Notes: a model not told the origin generated them from the sequence alone. 64,000 nucleotides of DNA from an uncultured Rhodospirillaceae bacterium (GCA_964408805.1 CAYPAV010000022.1:17227-81226), one strand, 5' to 3'; numbered from the stretch's first letter, positions 48,850-58,948 are shown. Translations and numbers: made by a program.

Positions 48850-50744
48850 GTTGGGTCGAATTGTCCGCGGCGCCAAATGTCGAGCGCGGCGGCCACCTGT
48901 TCCAAGAGCATCCGCCAGTCACCGCGTCTCGTCTGACGGAAGAGGCGCATGCTCGGGTACCAGGGCGAGTCCGTGCGATCGGTAAGATACCGCCAATCCG
49001 CACCCTGGCCGAGCATAACCCAAACCGGTTTCCCGAGCGCACCAGCGAGATGCGCCACCGCGGTATCGACCGAAATAACGAGGTCGAGGGCCTCGATCGC
49101 GCCCGCCGTCTCGGCGAAATCCGTGAGCAACGGCGCCAAATCCTCGACCGCCGACATGTCGGCATCCGGCGTGTCGCCGAGTTGCAGGCTGAAACAGCGA
49201 ATACCGTCGGCGGCGAGGATCGGCGCCAGATCGACCTTCGGACAACTCCGCATGACGTCGTCCTGGCGATCTGGATCGCCGGCCCAGACGATCCCGAGCT
49301 TGAAGGCGTCGTCGGCGAGCCGTGGCCGCCAGCGCTCGGCCGCCTCGTCGGGCGCGCGAAGGTAGGGCGTGTCGTCGGGGATCGTCTCAAGGGTGGTTCC
49401 GAGGCGGCCCGGAAGATTCAGCAACGGCACCTCGAAATCGGCGTCGGGTGCGGCGGCACCCCTTGAGATGAATTCCGAGACACCGCCGAGCGAGCGGCAA
49501 AGGCCGAGGAGGGATTTTTGACACTCGAAGATGACGGTCGCCCCCATCTCGGCGAGCTTCGGGAGATAGCGGCAGAACTGCAGTGTGTCGCCGTAACCCT
49601 GTTCGGCATGTACCAGAATGCGCCGTCCCGCGATGTCCTCGCCCGCCCACCTTGGCAGGCCTCGATCGCGGGTCGTTCCGGTGAAGGAGGCGGCGCTCCA
49701 TCGCGCGTCATAATTTCGCCAACCGGCGGCGTAATCGCCAAGGGCAAGCTGGGCGATCCCGAGACTCATCCGGATGTCCGACTGGTCGGGTCGAAGCGCC
49801 AAGGCCTTCTCATACACGGCAACGGCGTCGCGGGGCTTATCGAGGTTGAGGAGAGCAAGCCCGAGATTGCCGTAGGTTTGGAATTCCATCGGATCGGCGT
49901 CGAGCGCGGCGCGATATTGAGCGACCGCATCGTCCAACCGATCGGTTTGGCGCAAGAGATTGCCGAGGTTTCTCAACGCTTCCGGCCAAGCGGGACGAAA
50001 CTCCAAGGCGGACCGTAGTCGCGTTTCCGCCTCCGTCATCCGACCGACCGCATGCAGCGCCACGCCCTGATTGTTGAGGAGTTCGGGGTCTTCGGGACTA
50101 GCGGCCAACGCGGACTCCAAATGAACGACCGCCTCCTCGTGCCGGCCGGCATCGCACAGTGCGAGCGCTAGATTGTTCAAGGCGGCCCCGTGCGCGTCCT
50201 CCAATGTCAGCGCCGTTTCAGCCGACGCGATGGCGGGTTCGAACGCTCCTGTGGCACGGAACGCGGCGGAAAGATTGGCATGCGCTTCCGTCAAGTCGGG
50301 GTGCCGGGCCAGGGTCGCCTGATAGTGGTCGATCGCCTCTCCCGGTCTGTCCGCCTTCATGAGGGCATTCGCGAGATGGAAGCGCGCGAGCGGGTCCTCG
50401 GGCGCCAGCTCCAGCGCGCGGCCCAGCACGTCCAAAGCCTCGGCGCCGCGTGCGAGAAGACCCAGCACGATCCCGAGATCGCGGCAAAAAAGGGCGTTTT
50501 CGGGGTCGATCGTGGTTGCTTCCGCGAAATACTCGCTTGCCCGCACCAGATCGTCGTCGCGTTGCGCGGTCAATCCGCGAAGATGCCAAGCGGCCGCCAG
50601 CCTCGGTTGCTTATTCAGGACCTGGCGGAGTATTTCCTCGCTTCGCGCGAGCGCGCCGGCTTCCAACGCCGTCACCGCCTCGGCGACGACATCGCCGAGC
50701 GAGCCGACGAGATGTTCGGACGGGTCGCGCCGCGCCGCCGTCAT
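48846..50744 (-). CDS. TPR plus GT9-like (GT-B) protein
   Basis: Many TPRs; EQGYGDTLQF, DLVISVDTAVAHLAGALG, SPWYPSMRLFRQ..GDW. Confidence 0.85.
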   Translation of the reverse strand: MTAARRDPSEHLVGSLGDVVAEAVTALEAGALARSEEILRQVLNKQPRLAAAWHLRGLTAQRDDDLVRASEYFAEATTIDPENALFCRDLGIVLGLLARGAEALDVLGRALELAPEDPLARFHLANALMKADRPGEAIDHYQATLARHPDLTEAHANLSAAFRATGAFEPAIASAETALTLEDAHGAALNNLALALCDAGRHEEAVVHLESALAASPEDPELLNNQGVALHAVGRMTEAETRLRSALEFRPAWPEALRNLGNLLRQTDRLDDAVAQYRAALDADPMEFQTYGNLGLALLNLDKPRDAVAVYEKALALRPDQSDIRMSLGIAQLALGDYAAGWRNYDARWSAASFTGTTRDRGLPRWAGEDIAGRRILVHAEQGYGDTLQFCRYLPKLAEMGATVIFECQKSLLGLCRSLGGVSEFISRGAAAPDADFEVPLLNLPGRLGTTLETIPDDTPYLRAPDEAAERWRPRLADDAFKLGIVWAGDPDRQDDVMRSCPKVDLAPILAADGIRCFSLQLGDTPDADMSAVEDLAPLLTDFAETAGAIEALDLVISVDTAVAHLAGALGKPVWVMLGQGADWRYLTDRTDSPWYPSMRLFRQTRRGDWRMLLEQVAAALDIWRRGQFDPT

Positions 50745-50868
50745 GCGGTCTCCGTTCGCTGGGTCGTATCCATAAACATGGTTTTATCTTGGATGGCCCC
50801 GGGGGACTACGATTGATTCCACCCGGACATTGGGGCAATGGGCGGAGTCGCGCCCTTGGCCCGACGCT

Positions 50869-51828
50869 CTAACGCAGGAAGTTGGAGAGCGACAGCGTCT
50901 GAATTCGCGCGATCGTCGTGAACGAGGATTCCAATTGGATCTGCTCGAAGTTCAGCGCGGTAATGGTCTCGGCTGCGTCGATATTCTCGATCGAGCCGAT
51001 CGTATCCTGGGCGAAACGGATGAAGTCGAAATGTTTCTCCCGCGCATTTTCCATGACCACCCGGTCGAGCCCAATATCCGATGCGAGATCGGCGACCGTC
51101 TTCGAGGAGCCGTTGTTGTCGAGGGCCGCACTCAATTCGGTGATCGAGGAGCGAAGGATCGTCTGATTGGCCGCGGAAATGGGGTCGGTAAAGGTGTTCT
51201 GGGCAACGTTATCTAAGGTGCGAATGATCTTTTCGAAGGCCGATTCATTCGCCAGAACGCCGTAACTGATCGTGAAGCCATCATCAATGCGGGTCGATTG
51301 CGTGACGCTATCGCCTTCGTAGTAGCCGGTGTCGGGACCGGCGTCGAAGGTCCCCGCGGTCGGCGCCGTATAGGTGCCGTTGCCGAGATCGACCGGCGAC
51401 GTCGTCACCTTGCCGCCGGCAAAGAGAAAGCGGCTGTCGTCGCGAGTGTTAAGGAGCTGCACGATCTGGTCGCGCACCGCCGCGGCCTGCTGCTGCAATT
51501 GGAAGCGTTCGGCGGCGCTTCCGTTCAGCATTGTCGAGATATCGCCCCGGAAATCGCGGGTGATTTCCTCGATCTGGTCGACAACGAATTGCATCAAATC
51601 GAGACGCTTCTCGGTGACGGTGATGTTCTCGAGGAACTGTTCGGCCTTGGTGAGCTCGCTTTTGATGGTGACGAGCCGGCTCGCGTCTTTCGAGATGCCC
51701 GAAAAGCTCTGGGTTCTTTTGCCGGTCGCGATCTGAACCTGCAGATCGTTGACGTTGCGCTGGGTGCGCAGTGTGGCGGCTGTAATCAGCCGCTGTTGGG
51801 TGAGGTTGGCGACGCGGGTTGCAACCAT
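50869..51828 (-). CDS. flgL: Flagellar hook-associated protein FlgL
   Basis: QIATGK..F.GI, LNTR...FLFAG, YYEGD, QLESSF..IQTLSLSNFL; downstream of flgK. Confidence 0.82.
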   Translation of the reverse strand: MVATRVANLTQQRLITAATLRTQRNVNDLQVQIATGKRTQSFSGISKDASRLVTIKSELTKAEQFLENITVTEKRLDLMQFVVDQIEEITRDFRGDISTMLNGSAAERFQLQQQAAAVRDQIVQLLNTRDDSRFLFAGGKVTTSPVDLGNGTYTAPTAGTFDAGPDTGYYEGDSVTQSTRIDDGFTISYGVLANESAFEKIIRTLDNVAQNTFTDPISAANQTILRSSITELSAALDNNGSSKTVADLASDIGLDRVVMENAREKHFDFIRFAQDTIGSIENIDAAETITALNFEQIQLESSFTTIARIQTLSLSNFLR

Positions 51829-51841
51829 TTCCGACTTCCTT

Positions 51842-53968
51842 CTAACGGACCGAGTCGATCAGTTCCTGGAGCATGTCGGCCGCGACCGTGATGATCCGAG
51901 CGGACGCATTGAATGCTTGCTCCAGGACGACGAGGTTGGCGAGTTCCTCATCGAGATTGACGCCGGAAATCGATGCCGCGCGAAACTCCAGGGTTTCGGT
52001 GAATTGGGTGTTGAAACCGAGTTCCGTCTTGGCGTCGTTGGTGAGACTCGCCTGCAGACCCAGCATCTGGGCCGAATAGCGCGCCATCGAGATGGTAACG
52101 CCCGAGAGACCGCCCGACGTCGAGAAGGTGAAGTCGGTCTCGAAGACGCCCGCAAGATTGTTCGCGGTGGTGCCGTCGCCGGCCGTGATTCCTGCCGCGC
52201 CGACCGCCGCCGAAGCGTTGAGCGTGCCGCGCGCCAGCTTCGCCGGGTCGTTGACGACCTCGGTCTTGACCGCCAGCACGCCGGCGGCACCGCGATTGTC
52301 CGACGACATGCGGATGCTGGAGAGCAGGGTGCTGCTGTCGGTCAGGATGAAGTTGTTGCGATCGGTGTCCTGGATCACCAGCCGTCTTCCGGTGCCGTCG
52401 TCGACGACGGTCGCGGTGATGTTGGCGGTGGAGAGATCGGAGTCCGTGCGGATTGCCGTCGCGATCGAATCCAGGGACGAGGCCGTCGTATAGGCAATGG
52501 TAACCGGCGAATTGGTGAAATTACCGGTGAAGGTCAGGTTGCCGCTCAGACCGAGCGCGGCCGAGCTGCTTGACGTCTGCTGCGAGGCGAAGGAATTGTA
52601 ATTGCTGTTCAAGGTGTCGGCGACGATAAGATCGTTGGTTCCGAAATAGTGTGAAAAGGCACGAGTTTCGGCCCCGACGACGGTAATGGCGCTGGTGCCT
52701 TCGTTGATCGCAACGCCGCGATTGGCCGTCGTCGTCGCGAGGACCAGCTTGCCGGCGGAATTGATGGAGGCGGTGAAACCCGCTTCCGTGACCGCCGTAT
52801 CGATCGCGGTCACCAGCGCGCCGACGGTGGACGACGAAGCGACATTGATCGTATCGGTTTCGATGACATCGCCGGTCGTCGTGTCGATGATGTCGATCGT
52901 GAAGGTGCCGGTGCCGGAGAGCGTGTCCCCGCTGGCAACGCTTTGCGTGCCGGTCAGTGTCGCGGGCGGCGGGAAGGCCGTGCCTTGGTTGTGCACCTTG
53001 TTGAGCTCGATCGCCAGCGTATGGACGAGCCGGTCGAGCTCCGATTGAAGATTGCCGAGCACGTCGTCGCGAAGATCGATGAGGCCCTTAAGTTTGCCGC
53101 TGGTGACCTCGCCCGTGATGTCGTTCGTACCGTTCGTGGTATCTGGCGTACCGGCGAAGATGCCGCCGATGCCGCCCGGATAATTCGCGTCGCCCGGCGA
53201 AAGATAGGAAAGCGAGGGGCTCATTTGTACCGACGAAATATGGCTCACCGTCTCGACCACCGCACCTGAAATCAGGTTCCTGCCGGTGTTCGTCAGGATG
53301 GTCATCAACCCGCCTGAATTCTCGACGATGCGGATGTCCATCAACTCGCTCAGCTTGGAGAGCTCGAGGTCGCGCGCATCTTGTTCCTCGCCGCTCGGCT
53401 GGTTCAGCCCCTGGGCCCGCACCACCCGCGTATTGAGGTCGGAGATCAGGTTCAGGCTGGTCGTAATGTCGGTGGCGGTGCGGCTGATTTCCTGATCCGC
53501 CTTCAGTCGCAAGTCCTGGGCGGCGGTCGACATCTCGTTGATCTGCAGCGCCAATTTGCGCAGCTCATTGACCGTGTTGAACCGGTTGGCATCCGATTCC
53601 GGCGTTACCGAAAGCGCCTCGATTGCATCGCGGACGCCGTCGAGACCGTTGGTGATCGAACGATCGTTATCGGGTGAACTGAACAGCGCCTCGAGTTCGC
53701 TAAGAAATTCCTCGCGGACATCGAGATTGCCGATGATACCTTTCTGATCGCGGATCTGACCGATCAGGAATTCGTCGACCACCCGATCGATACGGCCGAT
53801 ATCGACCCCGGCGCCGGTGCCCGACAGCACCCGAGTATTGAGGCTGATTTGTTTGCGCGAGAAACCCTCGGTGTTGACGTTGGTAATATTGTTAGAGGTA
53901 ACCTGCAACGCCGATTGCGTGGCCGAAAGGCCACTGAGCGCGGTGCGAAGGGCGAGGGTGAGCGTCAT
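51842..53968 (-). CDS. flgK: Flagellar hook-associated protein FlgK
   Basis: ALSGL..SNNITNVNTEGFSRK; SGVNLDEELANL..QAFNASARII. Confidence 0.93.
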   Translation of the reverse strand: MTLTLALRTALSGLSATQSALQVTSNNITNVNTEGFSRKQISLNTRVLSGTGAGVDIGRIDRVVDEFLIGQIRDQKGIIGNLDVREEFLSELEALFSSPDNDRSITNGLDGVRDAIEALSVTPESDANRFNTVNELRKLALQINEMSTAAQDLRLKADQEISRTATDITTSLNLISDLNTRVVRAQGLNQPSGEEQDARDLELSKLSELMDIRIVENSGGLMTILTNTGRNLISGAVVETVSHISSVQMSPSLSYLSPGDANYPGGIGGIFAGTPDTTNGTNDITGEVTSGKLKGLIDLRDDVLGNLQSELDRLVHTLAIELNKVHNQGTAFPPPATLTGTQSVASGDTLSGTGTFTIDIIDTTTGDVIETDTINVASSSTVGALVTAIDTAVTEAGFTASINSAGKLVLATTTANRGVAINEGTSAITVVGAETRAFSHYFGTNDLIVADTLNSNYNSFASQQTSSSSAALGLSGNLTFTGNFTNSPVTIAYTTASSLDSIATAIRTDSDLSTANITATVVDDGTGRRLVIQDTDRNNFILTDSSTLLSSIRMSSDNRGAAGVLAVKTEVVNDPAKLARGTLNASAAVGAAGITAGDGTTANNLAGVFETDFTFSTSGGLSGVTISMARYSAQMLGLQASLTNDAKTELGFNTQFTETLEFRAASISGVNLDEELANLVVLEQAFNASARIITVAADMLQELIDSVR

Positions 53969-53985
53969 GTTCTATCTCTTCCGCC

Positions 53986-54429
53986 CTAAAATTCCTGATT
54001 GAGGGTCATGGGCCGTACCGTCATCCCGCGCTGAGCGGTGTACCCGGGGGCAGCGCCGTTGGCGGCGTAACCGCTCGGTTGGACTTCCTGTCCGCTCGCG
54101 ACATTGGCGATGGCATTCACCATGCGGGTATTCATCTCCATCGCGGCGCGAAGCGCATTGGCGTTGCGCTGGGCCGAACTTTCGAAGGTTTCGCTGGCAG
54201 CGCGAAGTTGCAAGCGGACAGTCGGATCGACCGTCTTCAGTAAATTCGGCTCCTGCATGATTTCGCGCATCCGGACTTCGTAAAGCCCGGCCAACGAATC
54301 CTTTTCCTGCTGCAACAAGCCGATTTCCTTGACCCGAAGATCCTTCAGCAGTTCGCTTTCCCGATCGATCACCGCGGTCAGGGATTGCGTTACCTCGATC
54401 AACTCATTCGCGCGCGCCATCGGATCCAT
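53986..54429 (-). CDS. FlgN-like flagellar export chaperone
   Basis: Helical LT.VIDRE..L..K..L..Y pattern; lies between flgJ and flgK. Confidence 0.6.
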   Translation of the reverse strand: MDPMARANELIEVTQSLTAVIDRESELLKDLRVKEIGLLQQEKDSLAGLYEVRMREIMQEPNLLKTVDPTVRLQLRAASETFESSAQRNANALRAAMEMNTRMVNAIANVASGQEVQPSGYAANGAAPGYTAQRGMTVRPMTLNQEF

Positions 54430-54432
54430 GAT

Positions 54433-54765
54433 CTATTTCTCCTGAACTTCCTGGAGCCGCAGCAATTGCGTCTGGACCATTTCGGCGATTCCGAATTCGC
54501 CGCGCTTGGCCGCGTCCTTGCCATACTCCTGGATCATGATCGACCGAAACACCCTCTCGCCCTGGCCACCGCCGAAGGGGCCGTCGGTCTTGATGCCGTC
54601 GAACATCGACTCAACCATCCGGGATATGAAGAAGGCCTCGAAGTCCTCCGCGACCGCCTTCGCCTTCTCGGCGGTCATTTTTCCGTCCGCGCGGGCGGCT
54701 ACGGGTTTCTGGGCCGTCTGGTAGCTCATGAAGGCTTGATCGACCTGCGCGGCGCCATCAATCAT
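54433..54765 (-). CDS. flgJ: Short FlgJ rod-binding protein
   Basis: AEDFEAFFISRM..FGGGQGERVFRS..GIAEMV. Confidence 0.85.
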   Translation of the reverse strand: MIDGAAQVDQAFMSYQTAQKPVAARADGKMTAEKAKAVAEDFEAFFISRMVESMFDGIKTDGPFGGGQGERVFRSIMIQEYGKDAAKRGEFGIAEMVQTQLLRLQEVQEK

Positions 54766-54867
54766 CACAGCACCTCGATATCGGCTTGCATGGCGCCCGA
54801 CGCCTTGACCGCCTGCAGAATGGTGATCATGTCGCGCGGGCCGATGCCGAGCGCGTTTAACCCGTTG
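54765..54867 (-). pseudogene. flgI: FlgI C-terminal remnant (about 34 codons)
   Basis: NGLNALGIGPRDMITILQAVKASGAMQADIEVL*; stop overlaps the flgJ start. Confidence 0.9.
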
Positions 54868-55359
54868 CGCAAGGCGGCACTGGCGGCGTTTGTCGCGATG
54901 GCTTGCATCGCTTGGACGGTCACCGCGGCCGCGCAATCGCGGATCAAGGACATCGTCGAGTTCGAGGGCGTGCGTGACAACCCGCTCATCGGCTATGGCT
55001 TGGTGGTCGGGCTGAACGGAACGGGCGATACGCTCTCCAGCAACATCTTCACGAAGGAAAGCCTGATCGGCATGTTGGAGCGCCTCGGCATCCGGGCGCG
55101 CGATGACGCGCTCGACGCCAAGAACGTGGCGGCGGTCATGGTGACCGCCACCCTGCCGCCCTTCGCGCGCCAGGGTTCGACGATCGATGTCGGCATATCC
55201 GCGCTCGGCAACTCGACCAGTCTCTTGGGCGGCACCCTTCTGGTGACGCCGCTTCTGGGTGCCGACGGCGAGGTCTATGTCGTCGCACAAGGGACTCTGG
55301 CAGTCGGCGGTTTCACCGCCGGCGGACAGGCCGAAACCGTCGTCAAGGGTGTGCCCACG
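54865..55359 (+). pseudogene. flgI: FlgI N-terminal half, inverted relative to its operon
   Basis: Signal-like segment then SRIKDIV..GVRDNPLIGYGLVVGLNGTGD..KNVAAVMVTATLPPF..GGTLLVTPL.GADG..KGVPT; breaks at about 55359. Confidence 0.92.
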
Positions 55360-56315
55360 GCTACCGCGAGGACGAGCTGGTTGGTCGTGACCTGGCCGAT
55401 TTCCTGTTCGATGCCGAGCATCATGACGAAAGGCCCGATTTTCCCGGGCTGGTGGATTTCAGTTCCGTTGGTTCCCTGAGCGTCAGTCACGAGTTGGAGG
55501 GGCGGCACAGAAACGGCTCCCTATTCCCCGTCGACCTTTCGGTTCGCGAAGTACCAAACGCGAACTGGGTTCTCTTCGTCGCGGTCCTTCATGACCTGAC
55601 CGCGCAAAAGAAAATCGACCATATGAAGACCCAATTTATTTCCGTCGTCAGCAATGAACTTCGGACGCCGATGACATCCGTCCTGGGCTCTCTCGGATTG
55701 ATCCGCGGCGGCGCGGCCGGCGAGGTGCCCGATTCGATCCGCTCGATGGTCGATATCGCCTACAACAACAGTGAACGCTTAGTCCACCTGATCAACGATA
55801 TCCTGGATGTCGAGAGGATAGAATCAGGCTTGATGACCTTTAAGACGGCACCTGTTGACCTCGTGGAGTTGTGCGAACGCGCCGTGGCCAACAACGTCGG
55901 TTATGGAAAGTCGCGCGGGGTTTCCGTTTCATTCCGCTCCGGCGTGAGCTCGGCCGTGGTTGATGGTGATGGCGATCGTTTGAACCAGGTCTTGGCGAAT
56001 CTGCTGTCCAATGCGGCCAAGGTATCGGCGACCGGTGGCGAGGTCATTGTGGCATTGGCTCCCAAGGGTGACGATTTTCTAGTTGAGGTGTCCGATAGCG
56101 GGCCCGGCATTCCCGACGACGTCGGCGACCGGGTCTTCGAACGGTTTTTCCAGATTGATGGTTCGGACAGCCGACGCGCCTCGGGCACCGGGCTGGGTCT
56201 CGGCATCTCCAAGGCAATCGTCGAAGGCCATGGCGGTGTCATCGGATTTTCGAATCGCGCCACTGGCGGCGCGGTTTTCCACATTTCGCTGCCAGCGAAG
56301 CCCGACCGGTTATAG
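55359..56315 (+). pseudogene. PAS-HisKA-HATPase sensor kinase fragment, 5'-truncated, His>Asn
   Basis: Frame begins mid-PAS (GYREDELVGRDL..RNGSLFPV); H-box SNELRTP; NLLSNA, DSGPGIP, GTGLGL boxes. Confidence 0.82.
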
Positions 56316-56382
56316 CGCGCAATTCCGGCCCGGCCGCGCTTAAGGTATTTCGTCGCAAGTGAAAAACGATTAAGCTTATTGG

Positions 56383-56811
56383 ATGAAAATCGATGGCCCC
56401 GGTTCGGTTCGCTCGACGCCGGTCAAGCGGACCGACCGGACAAACAAAAGCAAAAGCGGTAAGTTCGCCAAGGAGGTGAGCGGTGCCGCTGAAGGTGGCG
56501 AGGAGCCGGTTAGCGCCGCGGCGCCCGTCCAGGGCGTGGACGCGCTATTGGCGATCCAAGAGGTCGACGATTCGACCTCGGAGGAGGCCAATGCCCGGGC
56601 GCGGCAATGGGGCAACGAAATCTTGGATCGGTTGGAGGGAATCCGCCTGGGCCTTCTGGCCGGGGGCATTCCGATTAGCGAATTACGCAATATAGCTCGG
56701 TTGGTGGAGCAGCAGCTGGTCGATGTAAAGGACCCCAATCTACAGGAAGTGTTGCGGGAGATCGAGTTGCGCGCCCGCGTCGAATTGGCCAAGTACGAGC
56801 GCGAAATCTAG
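56383..56811 (+). CDS. fliX: Flagellar assembly regulator FliX
   Basis: DALLAIQE..LDRLEGIRLGLLAG..LREIELRARVELAK; typical position next to flgI and dksA. Confidence 0.88.
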   Translation: MKIDGPGSVRSTPVKRTDRTNKSKSGKFAKEVSGAAEGGEEPVSAAAPVQGVDALLAIQEVDDSTSEEANARARQWGNEILDRLEGIRLGLLAGGIPISELRNIARLVEQQLVDVKDPNLQEVLREIELRARVELAKYEREI

Positions 56812-56943
56812 CCGATTTCGGCCCCTCAACCGAGGGAAATCCTACAATATATCAGGGAAATTTCAGGGTCTTGCGGGACCCCCGCCGTCAAAATATACTC
56901 CGCGCCGCCGCTCCAGGGACGGCTCAAAGTCAGAGATATATTG

Positions 56944-57372
56944 ATGGCGCCAAGAAAAAGATCATCCCTTCCGAAGAACTACAAACCGTCGGATAAAGAA
57001 TCGTTCATGAATGCCCGCCAGCGGGAATATTTTCGCCGGCGACTGCAGAATTGGCGTGGTGACCTGCTTGACGAATCGACCGAAACCATCAAAACCATGC
57101 AATCGGAAAGCCTAGCCGAGCCGGATATGGCGGATCGCGCTTCGCTGGAGGCGGACCGTGCGCTTGAGCTCCGCACTCGGGATCGGCAACGCAAACTGAT
57201 AACCAAGATCGACGAGGCGCTGACTCGGATCGAGGATGGCAGCTACGGATATTGCGAGGAGACGAACGAGCCGATCTCGTTACGCCGGTTGGAGGCACGT
57301 CCGATCGCGACCCTGAGCGTCGAGGCGCAGGAACGCCACGAACGCCAGGAGAGGACTCGCCGAGACGACTGA
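56944..57372 (+). CDS. dksA: RNA polymerase-binding protein DksA
   Basis: FMN.RQ.EYF, D.ADRAS.E, RDRQRKLI.KI, YGYCEET.EPI..RL.ARP. Confidence 0.93.
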   Translation: MAPRKRSSLPKNYKPSDKESFMNARQREYFRRRLQNWRGDLLDESTETIKTMQSESLAEPDMADRASLEADRALELRTRDRQRKLITKIDEALTRIEDGSYGYCEETNEPISLRRLEARPIATLSVEAQERHERQERTRRDD

Positions 57373-57489
57373 TCGCCGGTGGCCGGAAGGCTGCCGGATT
57401 TGGGCAAAGAAAGGGGGCCGTCTGTGGATGAGGAGGATGGAGCGACGGCCGCCGCAAATCCCCTTGGGACCTTGGAATGTCCGTTCGGT

Positions 57490-57957
57490 TTAGAACGGGA
57501 ACAGAATATCGAAGATTTGTTGTCCGTACCGCGGTTGCTGGACGTCCGTGAAGTGGCCGCGGCCACCATAATTCAAACGTGCCTCCGCGATTTGTTCGTA
57601 ATTGATCTGATTGTCGTTGGTGATGTCTTGGGGACGGATGATGCCGTCGATCACCAGCTCGCGAACCTCGTAGTTGACCCGGGTTTCCTGGCGCCCGTGA
57701 ATGACGAGATTGCCGTTCGGCAGCACCTGGGTGACGATGGCCGCGATCTTGACGTCGATTTCCTCGTCCCGGTCGATGACGCCATTGCCGACGGCACTTG
57801 AGCCGGACGCACCGTTGACCAAGGCGAGATTGTTGATGGTTTCCGGAAAGATCGCATCAAGGGCGGCTTCATAACCGAGAAAATTGTTCAGGTTGGCGGT
57901 CTCGGAATTGGTCCGTGTCCGGGTCGTCGTGTTGTTGATGTCGGCCCGGTCGTCATT
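57490..57957 (-). pseudogene. flgH: FlgH L-ring protein with its N-terminal region deleted
   Basis: The frame starts at DDRADINN..; C-terminus VLPNGNL.I.G.QE.RVN.E..GIIRP.DI..IAEAR..YGG is intact; the ATG at 57956 after GGAGG is out of frame and there is no lipoprotein signal. Confidence 0.88.
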
Positions 57958-57967
57958 CGCGCACCTC

Positions 57968-58942
57968 CTACTTCAGGGCCACACGGCCGGGCGCCAGGAC
58001 GCTAACGGTGCCCGAGCCGATGACGGTGGCGTCGATAATTTTACGTGTTTTCATATTCTGGATGCGGATCGTTTCGCCCTTGGAGCCGTGTTCGAGCGCA
58101 CGTCCTTGCGCGGTCAACCGCATCCGCTTGGTCCGGAAGATCATTGTCACCGAAGTTCCCTTGCCGACCAGTATCGGTGCGCGGATGTCGCCCATCCGTA
58201 CCGGCCTTTGCGCGGCAATGCTGCGGCGTGGGCTCATGCCTATGATTTCGCCGGGATCGAGGAAAGCATTCGCGTCGATCTTGTCGGCGCGAACCGTCAA
58301 GAAACGGAGATCGCTCTTGCGGATTATCTCTCCGCTGCGGAACCGGCGAACCGGTACCGGCACCTTAACCAAGCGATGGTATCGCCCGGACACATTGTGG
58401 CGCGCCGGCCTCGATGTCCTTTGGCCCCCCAACAGGACGGCCGAGAATCGCCGCGATCGAGGATCCACCCTCAGAGACTGGACCTTCACTGACTGCGAGG
58501 CTTCCGCCGGCAGGTAGAATTGAAGCGTGCGGTTGTCGAGATCGACGTCGATCGTTTCGTTCCGACCAATTTCCGACTTCAGGCTCGTGGTCAGGGTCTC
58601 TCGGATCTGCTGCGTGGAAATCAAGAGACTGGCGCGTTCGACCGTGGCTTGATCGAGGCGGCTGAACGGACGCCAGTCGACCTTGTAGTTCCGCGCTACC
58701 CGGTAGAGCCAATTGACGTTCAAGATGACCTTTCGGCCCGGCTCCGGGGCCTGGATGACCACCCGGTCGGCATACTTGCCAGCATCGCGGAAGATATCAC
58801 CGAGATGCACGACGTCGCCTTGGACGGTGACATTGCTCTGCAATGTCGCGGCGAGACCGGGTCCCGCCAGACCGGCGCCGGCGGCGAGCGCCGCCAGCGC
58901 GCAGATCGTCCGTCGAAACGAGATTGCGGATTTAAGTTTCAT
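57968..58942 (-). CDS. flgA: P-ring assembly chaperone FlgA
   Basis: Signal peptide; LGDIF; SAF-like region; LV.KG..V..G.ALE.G..G..IRI.N..T.KI; lies between flgG and flgH. Confidence 0.88.
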   Translation of the reverse strand: MKLKSAISFRRTICALAALAAGAGLAGPGLAATLQSNVTVQGDVVHLGDIFRDAGKYADRVVIQAPEPGRKVILNVNWLYRVARNYKVDWRPFSRLDQATVERASLLISTQQIRETLTTSLKSEIGRNETIDVDLDNRTLQFYLPAEASQSVKVQSLRVDPRSRRFSAVLLGGQRTSRPARHNVSGRYHRLVKVPVPVRRFRSGEIIRKSDLRFLTVRADKIDANAFLDPGEIIGMSPRRSIAAQRPVRMGDIRAPILVGKGTSVTMIFRTKRMRLTAQGRALEHGSKGETIRIQNMKTRKIIDATVIGSGTVSVLAPGRVALK

Positions 58943-58948
58943 CTCGAC

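Noticed and set aside
54385-55479. 364-aa ORF of FlgI-like length on the + strand
   Set aside because: It is a chimera of antisense flgJ/flgI-3', the true FlgI N-half and an out-of-frame kinase tail, not a full-length flgI
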